Assembly: GCA_038087875.1 (NCBI GenBank)
Contig: CM075990.1
Location: 9,302,001 to 9,366,000 of the forward strand
Length of the DNA stretch: 64,000 bases
Direction of reading: 5' to 3'
DNA from: Malacoraja senta
Lineage: Eukaryota
The translations under genes and the position numbers were made by a program. The notes under the pieces were generated by a model. It saw only the letters and a program-made list of their open reading frames with translations. It ran no database searches and was not told where the DNA came from. Shown here in pieces: positions 50,050 to 63,204 of this stretch; the first letter of the stretch is position 1; the number at the start of each line of letters is the position of its first letter.

Positions 50050-50475
50050 ATAGTCATTAGAGTGATACAGTGTGGAACAGGCCCTTCGCCCCAACTTGCC
50101 CACACCAGCCAACTTGTCCCAGCTACACTAGTCCCACCTGCCAGCATTTGGTCCATATCCCTCCAAACCTGTCCTATCCATGTACCTGTCTAACTACTTC
50201 TTAAATGTTGGGATAGTCCCTGCCTCAAATGCCTCCTCTGGCAGCGTGTTCGATCATCCACCTGTGAAAAAGTTGCCCCTCAGATTCCTATTAAATCTTT
50301 TCCCCTTCACCTTAAACCTATGTCCTCTGGTCTTTAATTCACCTACTCTAGGCAAGAGGCTCTGTGCATCTACCCGATCTATTCCTCTCATGATCTTATG
50401 CACCTCTATAAGATCATCCCTCATCGTCCTGCGTTCCAAGGAATAGAGTCCCAGCGTAACCAACCTCTGCCTATA
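50050..50475 (-). mobile_element. CR1/HER1 LINE 3' fragment
   Basis: LGLYSLERR.MRDDLIEV.KIM...KTRGHRFKV. Confidence 0.85.
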
Positions 50476-51833
50476 TTTTCATGATAATTTCTGAAATGTA
50501 CATACGTGTTTACTCTTTCAATTTTAAGACTAAAAATTGTGCATGGAAATTACCCAGACCCAATTACATTCTGTAAATAACCACAATTCTGCTTTAAATA
50601 TTTTTATGTTAAACTCAATTATAAAAGTTTTTTTAAACATTGTGCACATTTAAGAAAGCCGCTTCATACTGACGCGCCAACTATTGTTTTAATCAATAAG
50701 AAAATTGTAGTATGTTGAATATTTTGGAATTAAATAATCTTCATTTTGAAGTTACTGGCTATTTACAAGCATATGATGGACATAAAAAGGAAGGCAATTA
50801 CAAAACTTAACATGCTCCTTTGATAACATATTTATAAATTCCAAGTAAAGAAACTTTAAACTCTGAACATAAAGCCTTGTGAAAAAATCCAGCATTATGT
50901 TAAACCAGTTTATAAAATGATTAGGAATCTGCCTTTATGTAAATGAACATGTTATTTAAAAGAAGCTCAAGTCCCATTCAATGTTTCCATTTTTTTTTAG
51001 AATTTACTGACAGTAGAACTCCCACCCATGAACATCGCCTTTCTATGCCGTCAAGAGTTAAAATCACAAGTAATTATGTCACAGACCGGAAGTTATGGTA
51101 CAGAATTAGTATTGGTTAGAATATTATGAAGCATTTTGGCCTATGGCATAAGAAGGGTGGAGGGTGTTATTAGAACAGAGAAGTTGTAACCATCAGTAAA
51201 CATTAGTAGACAAGTGTATTTTTTCTGGAAAACACAACTGTGGGGTGATCTTGTAATGATCTTTAAGGGTAGATATACAGAAGATACTTCCCAATGGTAG
51301 TAAAAGCAGAACATTTTATAAACAGTAGATGGTACTTTGGAATCCAAGTAAACCAATATTGACGAGCTCCTTGCTAATTCAATGTTAAAGTAGAGCTCTG
51401 TAAAAGGTTTTACAAGCACATAGTATTATTCTGCCTCCTTTATAATTATTTTATTACATCTTCCTGCCTTTAGCAACCACTGCACTTCAAAAGCAACCAA
51501 TGAATCCAAGCGTTTTGACTAAGGTCCAGCTCATGTTCTGTCACCAGAGAGTCTTGTCACTGAGACAACAAGTCTTTTTTTTATCATTACTGGCTGAGCA
51601 AGTTCAATCTATCAAGCTGTAGAGTCATGCTGCGTATGTTCTGGTGCAAGCATATTGCACTCACGATTCAGATAAGTGTACTATGAAGAGTGAATCCTTC
51701 CTCTGTAACTGTGGAACACCAGCAATCCATTAGGCAGTATCCAACTAAATCCACTCCTACCTCCATTGATGTTTACCTTAAACTGATTAAAATACAATCA
51801 TCTGTGGGATTACATTCACATTAATATTGAGAC

Positions 51834-52050
51834 AAAGGGAACTGCAGATGCTCAAATCTTGGGTAAAGCAGAAGGTGCTAGAGTAACTCAGTGGTTCAGG
51901 CAGCCTCTGTCATGGGATTGGATAGGGGGTGTGCTCTGGTTGGAACCTACTTCAGACTCAAAAGGGTCCCGACCCAAAAGGGCGCCTATCCATGTCCATC
52001 ACAGATGCTGTCTGACCCGTTGAGTTACTTCAGCACTTTGTGTTTTTTGC
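51834..52050. mobile_element. Old inverted (head-to-head) Penelope-like repeat pair
   Basis: GAGTAACTCA...CTTCAGACT is mirrored by AAGGGTCCCGACCC...TGAGTTACT; the cores are degenerate. Confidence 0.65.
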
Positions 52051-52476
52051 ACATTTGAAGATTCTTTTTTATGGAAACTAGTGGATAACTTTTATTAGAG
52101 TTCTACTCAGATTAATTCACCATTGTGCAATTCAGTGAGGAATAAAATGAGTTATATTCCAAGATAGAAGGAGAGCAAACATTTTTTTTAAAATTCAAGA
52201 TCCATCACAAACTTCTATGGAAAGCTCACAACACAATCTCCAAAAGAGTAGACAAATTCTGTCTGCTTTCTTTCACATATCATTTCTTTATGAGGGAAAA
52301 AAATGATTTATTCCCTCCTGAAACTCTATTGGTTGTGTGAGTGAAGGCAGTCTATCTTCTTTCTCCATCTGAGCTTGGTATCCAGCAGATCATCAGAAGG
52401 AACATCAGTAATTTTGCTGAACCAGGCTTTGTTCCATGTATTAGCATTTCTGAGGTTTAGGAGTATAGCAACTTAC

Positions 52477-52551
52477 TGGAAAGGATGTTGGATGATGTTA
52501 ATATCAGAGGGAAAGTATCGCAAGAAAGGGGCACCAAAAAGAATAGTAAAT
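52477..52551 (-). CDS. Candidate symmetric 75-nt exon
   Basis: CCTTCAG acceptor and CCA|GTAAGT donor. Open as FTILFGAPFLRYFPSDINIIQHPF; a second frame is also open. Confidence 0.35.
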
Positions 52552-53789
52552 CTGAAGGCATTATTATTATTCAATGAATTTCGAACATAAATTTAAATTT
52601 ACAGCCAGAAATGTTGTAGAGATAATACAGTACTTACAATCATAGAAAATAATTTGATTGATTATGCAATTCAAGTTACAACTAATGTTTAATAAGGAAT
52701 GATGTTTGTTTTAAATAAAACCTACATTACCCTATCTGATGACAAAGGTTCTGACTTATTCAAATGAATCACAAGCATAGTAAGTCCGCCATGACTCTTG
52801 GCAACATTTCCACTTATCTTGGCATTTTTGATGAGATTATTAATCTAAGTAACTAATGTTCTTGCGTTAAGAGGACCACAAAGGAACAAAGCATTCTGCA
52901 AATATAATATGTCTGAGCCACCAAGAAAGGTTAAAAAATATATATGACAGTGCATAAACATGGTGATTAAGGGCATTGGTGAAGAGAAAACATAAATAAA
53001 TCCAGATTGCTCTAAATAAACCACAAAGAGAGCATTTGAAATAATTTACAATGTACTACGAACAAAAAGCCAGGTGATTGAAGATACAAGTAAGTATCCA
53101 TGATGGAACGTGCATACTTGAGTGAAATGTGCACCTTATACATTATACTAAGGTTTATTAAGCTTTGAAACAACACATTGTGTTGTCACTAAATCATTGA
53201 TACACCCTGTACGAATTGTGCAACAAACAACATTCACTTCTTCTATTTCTTATAAACTGTTCATTGCTGGTAGACTCTGGAGAATATATGTGTATGATTT
53301 TTCTCTGTTCAATACATTCATAACTACTGCTTGTTTTGAAGAGAGATAATGATTGGATTTCTTTCAGCTTATTCCTGTCAGTTTGCACCACTGAAGATTT
53401 AATGCCGATACAATAAACCCTTTGAGGATGAAACTATAATTTCTGCTCTAAAAAGAAAAACTGTAATACATATTGCTCATGAGAGAGACACAGAAGCTTT
53501 AATCTTAATTTGCTTTTCCCTGACTTTGATGATGTTACAAAACATATGTGCAGTACTCAAACATATTCTCCTCTGTTTAAAAATCAGCTTTTAGTTATGT
53601 CTCACCAACCGCTGAGAAGCATTGACTGCAAAAGAAAACAACATTTGTTTCTCTGTGGAAAGGATGATATCCTAAATAATTATAAAATGCAAATCAGTCA
53701 TATTCCTAAAGTTCACATAAGAATGTTGACAGTTTTAAAAAGATATTTGATATTTGTCTTGTAAATTTGATTTCTCCTTACTTCAGTGT

Positions 53790-54085
53790 TAAGAGATACA
53801 GCGTGGAAACAGTCACTTCTGATGAGTCAGCGCCAACCAGCGATCACGTGAACTAGTTCTACCCAGCAAACTAGGGACAATTTACTGAAGCCAATCAACT
53901 TACAAATTTGCATGTCTTTGGAATGTGGAAGGAAACCAGAGCACCCAGAGAAAGCCCACGTAGTCACAGGAAGAACGTACAAACTCCATACAGGCAGCAC
54001 CTGCAGTCAGGATCGAAGCAGGTCTCTGGTGCTGTAAGGCAGCAACTCTTCCGCTGCGGCATTGTGACACCCTCTGCACCACTGT
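53790..54085 (-). mobile_element. HE1/V-SINE-like SINE
   Basis: Reverse-complement match to 55078-55400. Confidence 0.82.
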
Positions 54086-55077
54086 GCTGCTCGAAACTGG
54101 AACAACGTCTCAAGTGCACAAACGAGAAGAACACCTCATAGTCTAAAGTCCAATAATATGAACACCCCCCTATGTTCCATTCCCAAACCCACCAGTCCAC
54201 CATAGTTCCATCTCCATTTCCACCCCCCCCCCCCCCCCATCTCTTACATTATCAAGATGCATTAACCTCCCCAACCTAGTTCTATCTGCCCATTCCCCAT
54301 AACCTAACCACCTGGGTTTCTTCTCCCTTAGTTCATCTTTCCTGCCCCCTCCCAGCCCCACCCCGTGATTCCATGTATTCATTATCAACTGCCCTGCCAC
54401 CGCAGCGGGTTCTACATATCACCTAGCTGCCTCTGCCTCTGCCTCATTCTCTCTTATGTACACTTGTTAACATTGGTCTACGCTTCCAGTCCTGATGCAG
54501 GATCTCAATCATCAACTTGACCACAGTTTGCAACTTGACCACAGTTCTTCCAGGTCTATTTTTTGCAAACTTTATTTCCTTGCTTGCTTCTTCAAGCCAT
54601 AAGATTTTGGCACAAAGAAAACTAGTTTAGCCAATGTGCAAAACTACCAAACAATGGATCTTCATGATGACCTGTCAAAACTAGTTTAGTCAAGCTATTT
54701 CATGACAGAAATGATCAGAAACCCTACTGGAAATAAATTATGCAAGGAAAAGGAAATGTGAAGAAAAATAATTCAAAAGTGGAGTCGATGAAGGTGGGTG
54801 AAGAACAGTCATTACAAAAATAGAAACATAGAAATAGAAAAAGTCTGGAGATAATCAACAGCTCAGACAGGATCTATTGTTGTTCTTTCTGCCTGACTTG
54901 TTAAGCATTTCCCAAATAATCTGAATATGTTTAAAACTTCTAGCATCTCCCATTGTTTTCTTTGGATCAAGGTTATGATCAAACCAGTTACAGCTCACTG
55001 GAACTCATTCCAGGCAAAAATCCGGAGATCCAGAGATTTTATCTCAAAATAAAACACTCCACTCCAATGCTTAGTAC

Positions 55078-55400
55078 AGGACGACACAGTGGCGCAGCGG
55101 TAGAGTTGCGGCCTTACAGCGCTAGAGACCCGGTCTCGATCCAGTCTATGGGTGCTGTCTGTATGGGGTTTATGTTCCTTCTTCGTGACCACGTGGGTTT
55201 TCTATAAGATCTTCGTTTTCCTCCCACACTCCAAAGACGTACAGGTTTGTAGGTTAGTTGTAGGTTATTTGGCTTGGTATAAAATGTAAAATTGTCCCTA
55301 GTGTGTGTAGGATAGTGTTAATGTGCGGGGATGACTGGTCAGTGCGGACTCAGTGGGTCAAAGGGCCTGTTTCCGCGCTGCATCTCTAAACTAAACTAAA
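55078..55400 (+). mobile_element. Full-length HE1/V-SINE-like tRNA-derived SINE
   Basis: A-box-like TGGCGCAGCGG, degenerate B-box, central CTCCCACACTCCAAAGAC domain and a (CTAAA)n tail. Confidence 0.88.
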
Positions 55401-55780
55401 AAAGTACAGCTCTGAGGGTCAACTACAGATTCAGCTTTCAATTGAGATGCACAACTGTAATCCTGCCCATTGCAGATGAATATAAAGATGCCAATGTTCA
55501 TTGCAGTGTAATTCTTGATATCCAGGTCAATATTTAACTCTTAATCAATATAGCTAAAACACATTTCTGGTCAATGTCACATTGTTATTTGTAGGTGCTT
55601 TTTCTGCATGCAGATTATCCGGCCACTTGCTATATTATATTTTGCTACAAAGAAAATGGAATAACTTGTAAAATTTGTCATAAAAATGCCAGACTACATT
55701 CTCATAGATTCATAATGCTAAACCGCATAGAAATGGGTCATTCAACCCACCACATCTACACCGACCATTTTGACTATCTA

Positions 55781-57384
55781 CAGTGGCTTGCAAAAGTATT
55801 CATACCCCTTGAACTTTTCCACATTTTGTCACGTTACAACCACAAACGTAAATGTATTTCATTGGGATTTTATGTGATAGACCAACACAAAGTGGCGCAT
55901 AATTGTGAAGTGGAAGGAAAATGATACATGGTTTTCAAATTTTTTTACAAATAAAAAACGGAAAAGTGTCGCGTGCAAAAGTATTCAGCCCCCTTTACTC
56001 AGATACCCCTAAATATAATCCAGTGCAACCAATTGCCTTCAGAAGTCACCTAATTAGTAAATAGAGTCCACTTGTGTGTAATCTAATCTCAGTATAAATA
56101 CAGCTGTTCTGTGAAGGCCTCAGAGGTTTGTTAGAGAACATTAGTGAACAAACAGCATCATGAAGCCCAAGGAACACACCAGACAGGTCAGGGATAAAGT
56201 TGTGGAGAAGTTTAAAGCAGGGTTAGGTTATAAAAAAATATCCCAAGCTTTGAACATCTCACGGAGCACTGTTCAATCCATCATCCGAAAATGGAAAGAG
56301 TATGGCACAACTGCAAAGCTACCAAGACATGGCCGTCCACCTAAACTGACAGGCCGGGCAAGGAGAGCATTGATCAGAGAAGCAGCCAAGAGCCCCATGG
56401 TAACATTGGAGGAGCTGCAGAGATCCACAGCTCAGGTGGGAGAATCTGTCCACAGGACAACTATTAGTCGTGCACTCCACAAATCGGGCCTTTATGGAAG
56501 AGTGGCAAGAAGAAAGCCATTGTTGAAAAAAAGCCATAAGAAGTCCCGTTTGCAGTTTGCCACAAGCCATGTGGGGGACACAGCAAACATGTGGAGGAAG
56601 GTGAGACCAAAATTGAAATTTTTGGCCTAAATGCAAAACGCTAAGTGTGGCGGAAACCTAACACTGCACATCACCCTGAACACACCATCCCCACTGTGAA
56701 ACATGGTGGTGACAGCATCATGCTGTGGGGATGCTTTTCTTCAGCAGGGACAGGGAAGCTGGTCAGAGTTGATGGGAAGATGGATGGAGCCAAATACAGG
56801 GCAATCTTGGAAGAAAACCTGTTAGAGTCTGCAAAAGACTTGAGACTGGGGCGGAGGTTCACCTTCCAGCAGGACAACGACCCTAAACATACAGCCAGAG
56901 CTACAATGGAATGGTTTAGATCAAAGCATATTCATGTGTTAGAATGGCCCAGTCAAAGTCCAGACCTAAATCCAATTGAGAATCTCTGGCAAGACTTGAA
57001 AATTGCTGTTCACAGACGCTCTCCATCCAATCTGACTGAGCTTGAGCTATTTTGCAAAGAAGAATGGGCAACAATTTCAGTCTCTAGATGTGCAAAGCTG
57101 GTAGAGACATACCCCAAAAGACTTGCAGCTGTAATTGCAGCGAAAGGTGGTTCTACAAAGTATTGACTCAGGGGGGCTGAATACTTTTGCACGTGACACT
57201 TTTCAGTTTTTTATTTGTAAAAAAATTTGAAAACCATGTATCATTTTCCTTCCACTTCACAATTATGCACCACTTTGTGTTGGTCTATCACATAAAATCC
57301 CAATAAAATACATTTACGTTTGTGGTTGTAACGTGACAAAATGTGGAAAAGTTCAAGGGGTATGAAAACCTTTGCAAGCCACTG
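55781..57384 (+). mobile_element. Tc1/mariner IR/DR-type transposon (Passport-like), 1604 bp
   Basis: TA TSD; about 213-bp near-identical TIRs starting [30 protein letters not shown] and SPDLNPIE motifs. Confidence 0.96.
56160..57166 (+). pseudogene. Tc1 DD34E transposase, inactivated
   Basis: The LWSD motif is lost by an inferred 13-bp deletion at about 56603 (frameshift), and there is a TAA at 56642-44. Confidence 0.92.
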
Positions 57385-57544
57385 TAATCCTTTTGGCCCA
57401 CATTAGGTATATATCTTTTGTTGCCATGCCTATTCAAGGGCCTGTCTAACTGATTCTTATACCCTAACTATGCCTCTCGTTATTTTATTTACCTCTATTA
57501 GGTTAGCCCTCAGCCCTCAGCCTCCCTTGCTCCATGGAAAACAA

Positions 57545-57820
57545 TTAGATACAGAATGGGAACAGGCCCTTCGTCCACCCAAGTCTACACTAGTTCCATG
57601 TTATCCCATTTTCTCATCCACTCCCTACATATTAGGGGCAAATTTACAGAGGCCAATTAACCTACAAACCCGTACATCTCTGGGAGAAAACCAAAGAACC
57701 TGGAGGAAACCCATGTACTCACAGGGAGAACATGTAAACACAGATAGCACCTGAAGTCAGAATGGAACCCATGTCTCTGGCACTGTGAGGCAGCAGCTCT
57801 ACAGCGACACCATTGTGCTG
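57545..57820 (-). mobile_element. HE1-like SINE (diverged)
   Basis: Reverse-complement match to the other copies. Confidence 0.75.
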
Positions 57821-58109
57821 TCTCTGTAGTCAGTCCTTATAATTATAGTGTTACAATCCAGACAGCATCATGGTAAACCCTCACTTTAATAAGCTAATTT
57901 AAAGTCACTGCTTATGGTTATGGCATTTCAGCAAAGTTTTATTAGCCTTTGAAAGCATTAATAGTATTAAGCACACCTATTTCATAAATAAAAAATGTTT
58001 TATGAATTAAGTCAACTGAAATTGGAATTTGTTTCTTGCAACTACAGCATTGATGGATCTCATTTTTGTGGATTAATCGGTGCCTGAAAATAGCATACAG
58101 GAACAGCAA

Positions 58110-60230
58110 GTTTTAAAGAAAGCAAACGACATGATAACCTTTATTGCAGAGGAGTTGGAGTTTAAGAATGGGGAGGTTTTGCTACAATTGTACAATGTGC
58201 AGTTTTGATCCTCTCACCAAAAAGAGAATATAGTAACATTGGAAGTAGACCAATGCAAATTCAATAGGCTTATTCTTGGGATGAGAGGGTTGACCTACCA
58301 AGTGAAGCTGGATAGCTTGGGTATGTATTCCTTCAGGGAGATATTCAAACATGCAATATCCTAAGAGGGCTTACAAGGTGGATGTTAAATGAATAGTTCT
58401 CACCAGTGGGAGTATCACGAGTGAAACGACAGAGCAATAAGGGTCTGGTTATTTAAAATTGTTGTAAAAATTCTTCTCTCACAGGGGGATAATCCCTGGA
58501 ATTCTCTACCCTCCTCACTCCACACCCCTCAACACCCCACCGCCCAAGGTGGTAGAGACTAGATCATTTGTTACATTTAAGATGCAGACTTAAATATTTG
58601 AAATCTTGAGGAATTGAGCATTGACAAGAACTAGCATGCAAGAGGAGTTTAGATCAGTGTGGATCGGCCATGATTATGTTGAATTTTGGAGCAATCTTCA
58701 GGGATCCAGTGGCCTACTTCTACGTCTATTTACCTGTGTTCAATTAAAATTCTATTTGTTATCTACAGTTCAATGGGTTATCTTTCTCCTTATTTTTTGG
58801 GAAAGCTATTTGGAAATATTTAAACCATGTTATTACTTTGTTACTTTATCGGATTGATCCGCAAATATCATAATTTAGACAATTCCAGCTTTTTACAAGA
58901 TTAAATATTTTTTAAAGTCAATTCGCAATATCTGATATCTACATGGGTCCAAAAATAATAGACCACCAATTATTTTCTTTACCTCATAAGCATTATCCTC
59001 ACTAACAATAACACAAGATTCCACACCAAATCTTCATTTTACCCAGTCATTTCCATACTTCCAAACTATATTTTCCTGTAACAGTTAGACTACCCATTTG
59101 TTTCAAGTTCCTTCCTTTTTTTCTTATTCTCCATTTAATTCCTTCACATCCCCCTATCCTGCTCCCAATTTCTCCATCCCACTTTCCCAACCACCCTTTT
59201 CAGGACGCCAAACACCATTCATAGTTGTATATTATCAAAAGCTCATTTCAAAAGATGATGCCTCAATCAACACCAAAATATATGTGGATGAAGCCATGAA
59301 GTATGACGAAGGCTTGAGAGATAACTGATAACACAAAAATAGGTGTATAGAGAATTAAACATATGTGGACAAATGTGTCAATTTTACCACAAGTACAAGA
59401 AGATTTAAATAATTCAAATTAATGGACAGCAGCTGGCCAATTAAGTGTAGGTAAGTGTTAAATTGACCATGCCAGGAAAAATAATAAAAATATTATCTAA
59501 ATAAAAGATTTCAGGACTGAAATGTAGAGAGACTGGCTATCCCACTCATGGTTTGCAAAGGACTATTATGCAGTCAAAGTAATTAGGAAAGGAAACAATA
59601 TCGTTCATTGCTAAGGGAATTCAACCTAACATTGGGAGGTGATGCTTTAATCATGCAAGGCATTGGCAAGACCATATCTGGAGTCTTCTGTACAATATTG
59701 GTCTCTTAGAGGAAGGATATCAATGTATAGAAGGCAGTTTGGAGAAAAAATATTTAACAAATAACTATTGCTCTCACAGAAAAGGTTGTATCTGTTGGTG
59801 TTCAGAATACAGAGATGAGACACGCTAGAGAGGATGCAGAGCAGATTCAACAAGATTTTACCTGGAATGGAGCTTTTCAGGTATGAGAGTTGGAGAGAGT
59901 AGAGTTGGCTAATAGAGGAAATGATTGAGATATATAAAATTATGAGAGCTATAAATAGGGTAGATTGCAGGAAACATATCAGTGGGAGATAAAACTAAAA
60001 GATATGGATTTAGGGTAAGAGGACCTAGATTTAAGGATAAATGGTAAGAGATTTATGGGGAATCGGAGGAGGACCATTTTTTAATTCAGAGAGTGGTGAT
60101 TTCCTACAATACACGGAAGAGAGTGGTTGAAGCAGAATTGCTGACAACATTTAAATGTCTAGATGAGCACTCGAGTAGCCTAATAAAGAAGATTATGAGT
60201 CAAGTGCTGGAAAATGGATTATTACAGATG
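58110..60230 (+). mobile_element. Old CR1 relics (about 58110-58740 and 59440-60230)
   Basis: Decayed CR1 RT C-terminal motifs, for example LERMQSRF.R..PG and IEIYKIM. Confidence 0.6.
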
Positions 60231-60611
60231 GGTGACTTTAAATCATTTGATATCACCTATTTAATGGGGATGAGATTTTGTCTTTATCTATTCATTTGCT
60301 CCAGGATCAACACAAGAAGACGATATATAGGACTAGGCATTAGCCACAAGGTCACTCAAGTGTACCTGCCATTCAACATGATTATGACTAAATCTGCTCC
60401 ATGCTTCAACTTCTCTTCTGTACCAGATCCCTATAGTGGCAAACTCCCCAATCTTTCAAAAAATTGTCTATCTCCTCTTTAAGTCCCTGCAATGATCTAG
60501 TCTTTAGCAGAGTATTTAAACCCTTTTTTTCAGGCAGAGGCAGACAAATATATGATAAAGCGGTGAAAGACTACAACTGAGTAGTGGGAATACAGAGTTG
60601 TGATCACAAAT

Positions 60612-61250
60612 ATGGTTTGATGGTTTCTTTATTATCACGTGTACCAAGGTAGTGAAATCCATTTTTTGCACACAGATCAGCAAGATTACCACCACACATA
60701 AGCACAATCTCCTGGTTAGTTCAGAATGTACAGAACAGCCCAATGAGTCCATATGCAAGTGACACCATTTTACAGTCCCAGCTGCAGCTGGCCACAATGG
60801 CCCGTTGCAGCCATCCCGCAAACCGCCATCCCTCTCCTTGCACGGCCCTCCACAGCCCTTGTTCCCCGGAGGATGCCTCCCACAGCCGCCCTTGTGGCAC
60901 AAGAGGTAAGGCCCACCCCCCGGTTCATCTTACCGGGCCATTTGTCCAGCGTTGGCAACCATCACCGATACCCTCATCCTCCACTGTGCTCTTGGGCGAG
61001 CAGGCAGGGGCCAAGCAGGTTCACGGTACCGCGACGGGCGAGCCTGGCCTGCTGTTGAGATGCGGCCACGGCTTGCTCTTCACCCTCTTACCAGCCCTTT
61101 ATTCCAGCGTCTAGCGCCAACTTCTCCACCCCACGATGTCCTCAGGCCGAGCAGGAGACAAGCTTCAGAACCATTCCATGTTGGCTCCTCCAGTTCTGTG
61201 ACGTGCTAGCCAGGCCTACTGCCTATCAGGATTTGGCAGCCACCCAGCTG
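60612..61250 (-). mobile_element. GC-rich non-autonomous retroposon inserted in a CR1 3' tail
   Basis: TTTATTATCAC tail at the left, a GC-rich non-coding body, and CR1 tail sequence continuing at 61280-61340. Confidence 0.5.
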
Positions 61251-61669
61251 GGAGCATCTGCTGTGCAGCCCACCATAATCATATTGAATAGAGGAGATGG
61301 CTTGATAGGCCAAATGTCTTGCTCCTACTCATTATACATAACTGCGTATGTTCAAACATTCTTCAGTTCCTTACATTTATTGAGCCTGGAAGACTGGGAA
61401 AGACGGGTGAAAAGTAACTTTTCTAATCCATTTCCCAGTCCATACTGGGAAACTAACGGCTGTATGGTTCTGAAGGTACCATCTTGTAAAGATTAAAGAG
61501 GGAAAAACAATGTTCACTACAGAGATCAGGTCAATGAAGCTTGCTCATCATACATACCACAAAATTGATATCTTGGCATCTAGCATGTTTTTGAGGTTTG
61601 AGGACTAAAAATAATTTAAACATTATATATAGATGTAATAAGGAGATATTTGATAGGCTGGGACTGTTT

Positions 61670-62075
61670 TCCCTGGGGGGAGGAAACTGAGGTTGTTTGT
61701 AAAATCAGCTCAGAGGATTGTATCTCATTAAGGTAACTTGATAAGGTGAATATCCACAATGTTTTTCCTGGGGTAAGGGACTCTGAAATTAGAGGACATA
61801 GATTTGAGGTGTGAGGGGACAGATTGAAGCGGGATCTGATGGGCAAGTTCTTTCACACAGATGGTACTCATATGTAGAACAAGCTGCCAGAATAATGGTA
61901 GTCGGTAATCAATTACAACACTTAAAAGACAATGGACAGGTTCATGGGCAGGAAAGATTAAGAAGGATATGGGCTGAATGCAAATAAATGAGACCAGCTC
62001 AGGAAGGCACTTTGGTCGGCTTGGACGTGCTAAGTAAAAGGGCCTGTTTCCGTGGTGTATATTTCTGTGACTTTA
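61670..62075 (+). mobile_element. CR1/HER1 3' fragment
   Basis: SEIRGHRFEV.G.RL..D..GKFFTQ and an AAGGGCCTGTTTCC tail. Confidence 0.75.
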
Positions 62076-63204
62076 TATGGTTCAGTAATTTGTAGCTGAC
62101 TGTCTAATTCATGAGAAACACTCATACAAAGTCATCCTGGAAGAACCAAAGAAAATATGGGCACACAGCCAAGCAATAACAGACGTATAACTAATAAAAG
62201 ATGTGACAATCAGTGAATATTTTCGGATATAATGGGTTTCAAAAACAGTCCCTGGAGTATATTCTACATAAAATGCAGCATGCATATTTCATCAGAAACA
62301 GGATGTGTCTATATTTCCTTTTGTCCTCACTTCAAGGAGTGTTTTATAATTCAGTAAAGAATGTTGTATTTGTCTTTCTGATGAATGAGATAGCCATCAG
62401 CATTAGTAAGAATTATTAATATGTCATACCCTGTGCTGGTTGCAGGAAAAATAAACAACCAATGTGGAGGGTACAGTTTGTGATCAAATTATTTAAAAAT
62501 ACTTCAAAATGTATTATACACATTTATTATTTTTTAAATGGCTGAGATTTCAATGTTTCTCCAAGAGCTGTGGATTATGTACTGTTGGCACATAGGCTGT
62601 TGCTCATTACTGTTTTAGTCTGGCTAATGTTATGCACGGCCGTGTAACTGTGAAGCAAACATATATCAGTAGCTCTCAATGTGATTTCTGAAAACATTGT
62701 GGGGGGTGGAGGATACATTCTAAGGTATGCTCAAAAAGACCATTGAAAAAAATGGGCGGGTTCAAGTTTGAGATTTGATGTTCAAACTCTCATAGTGGAA
62801 TAAAAGGGGTCATTATCCTGTACTAAACCATCTTTTTAGAGTGGCTTGGGCCATTCCATTTACATTTCCCATACTGACCTGAATTTAACCCTTCCACTAA
62901 AATCATGTCTTAATGTCAACCGAGTGTGGATCAGCACCATATACTTTAAAATATCAGGATATGACATCTTATTTCATGTATCCCTTTTTCTATGAAGTCT
63001 CATGTCTTATAGATTGATGGTGTAACATTTTTTAACACTATCCTTGTACCATCGAAAAAGTAAACTTGCTATGCAGGAATAGTTAGGTTTTTGACTTGAG
63101 GATCTGGGAGGCAATAATGCAAGGATTAACATTCCTCCAACACCTTTCCTGACCTCAGGATATCCCTAAATAACATGATTATAACGTATTTTACCTCAAA
63201 GTTA

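Noticed and set aside
51141..51419. 92-aa ORF
   Set aside because: No recognisable motif and no good donor site.
54511..54546. Tandem 16-bp duplication CAACTTGACCACAGTT (similar small duplications at 8139-8178, 13297-13350 and 22235-22264)
   Set aside because: Ordinary local slippage or repair duplications.
55078..55150. tRNA gene
   Set aside because: This is only the degenerate tRNA-derived head of a SINE, with no cloverleaf.
60516..61496. Cluster of overlapping GC-rich ORFs or CpG-island-like promoter
   Set aside because: It lies within a retroposed insert; ORFs in all frames reflect GC content.
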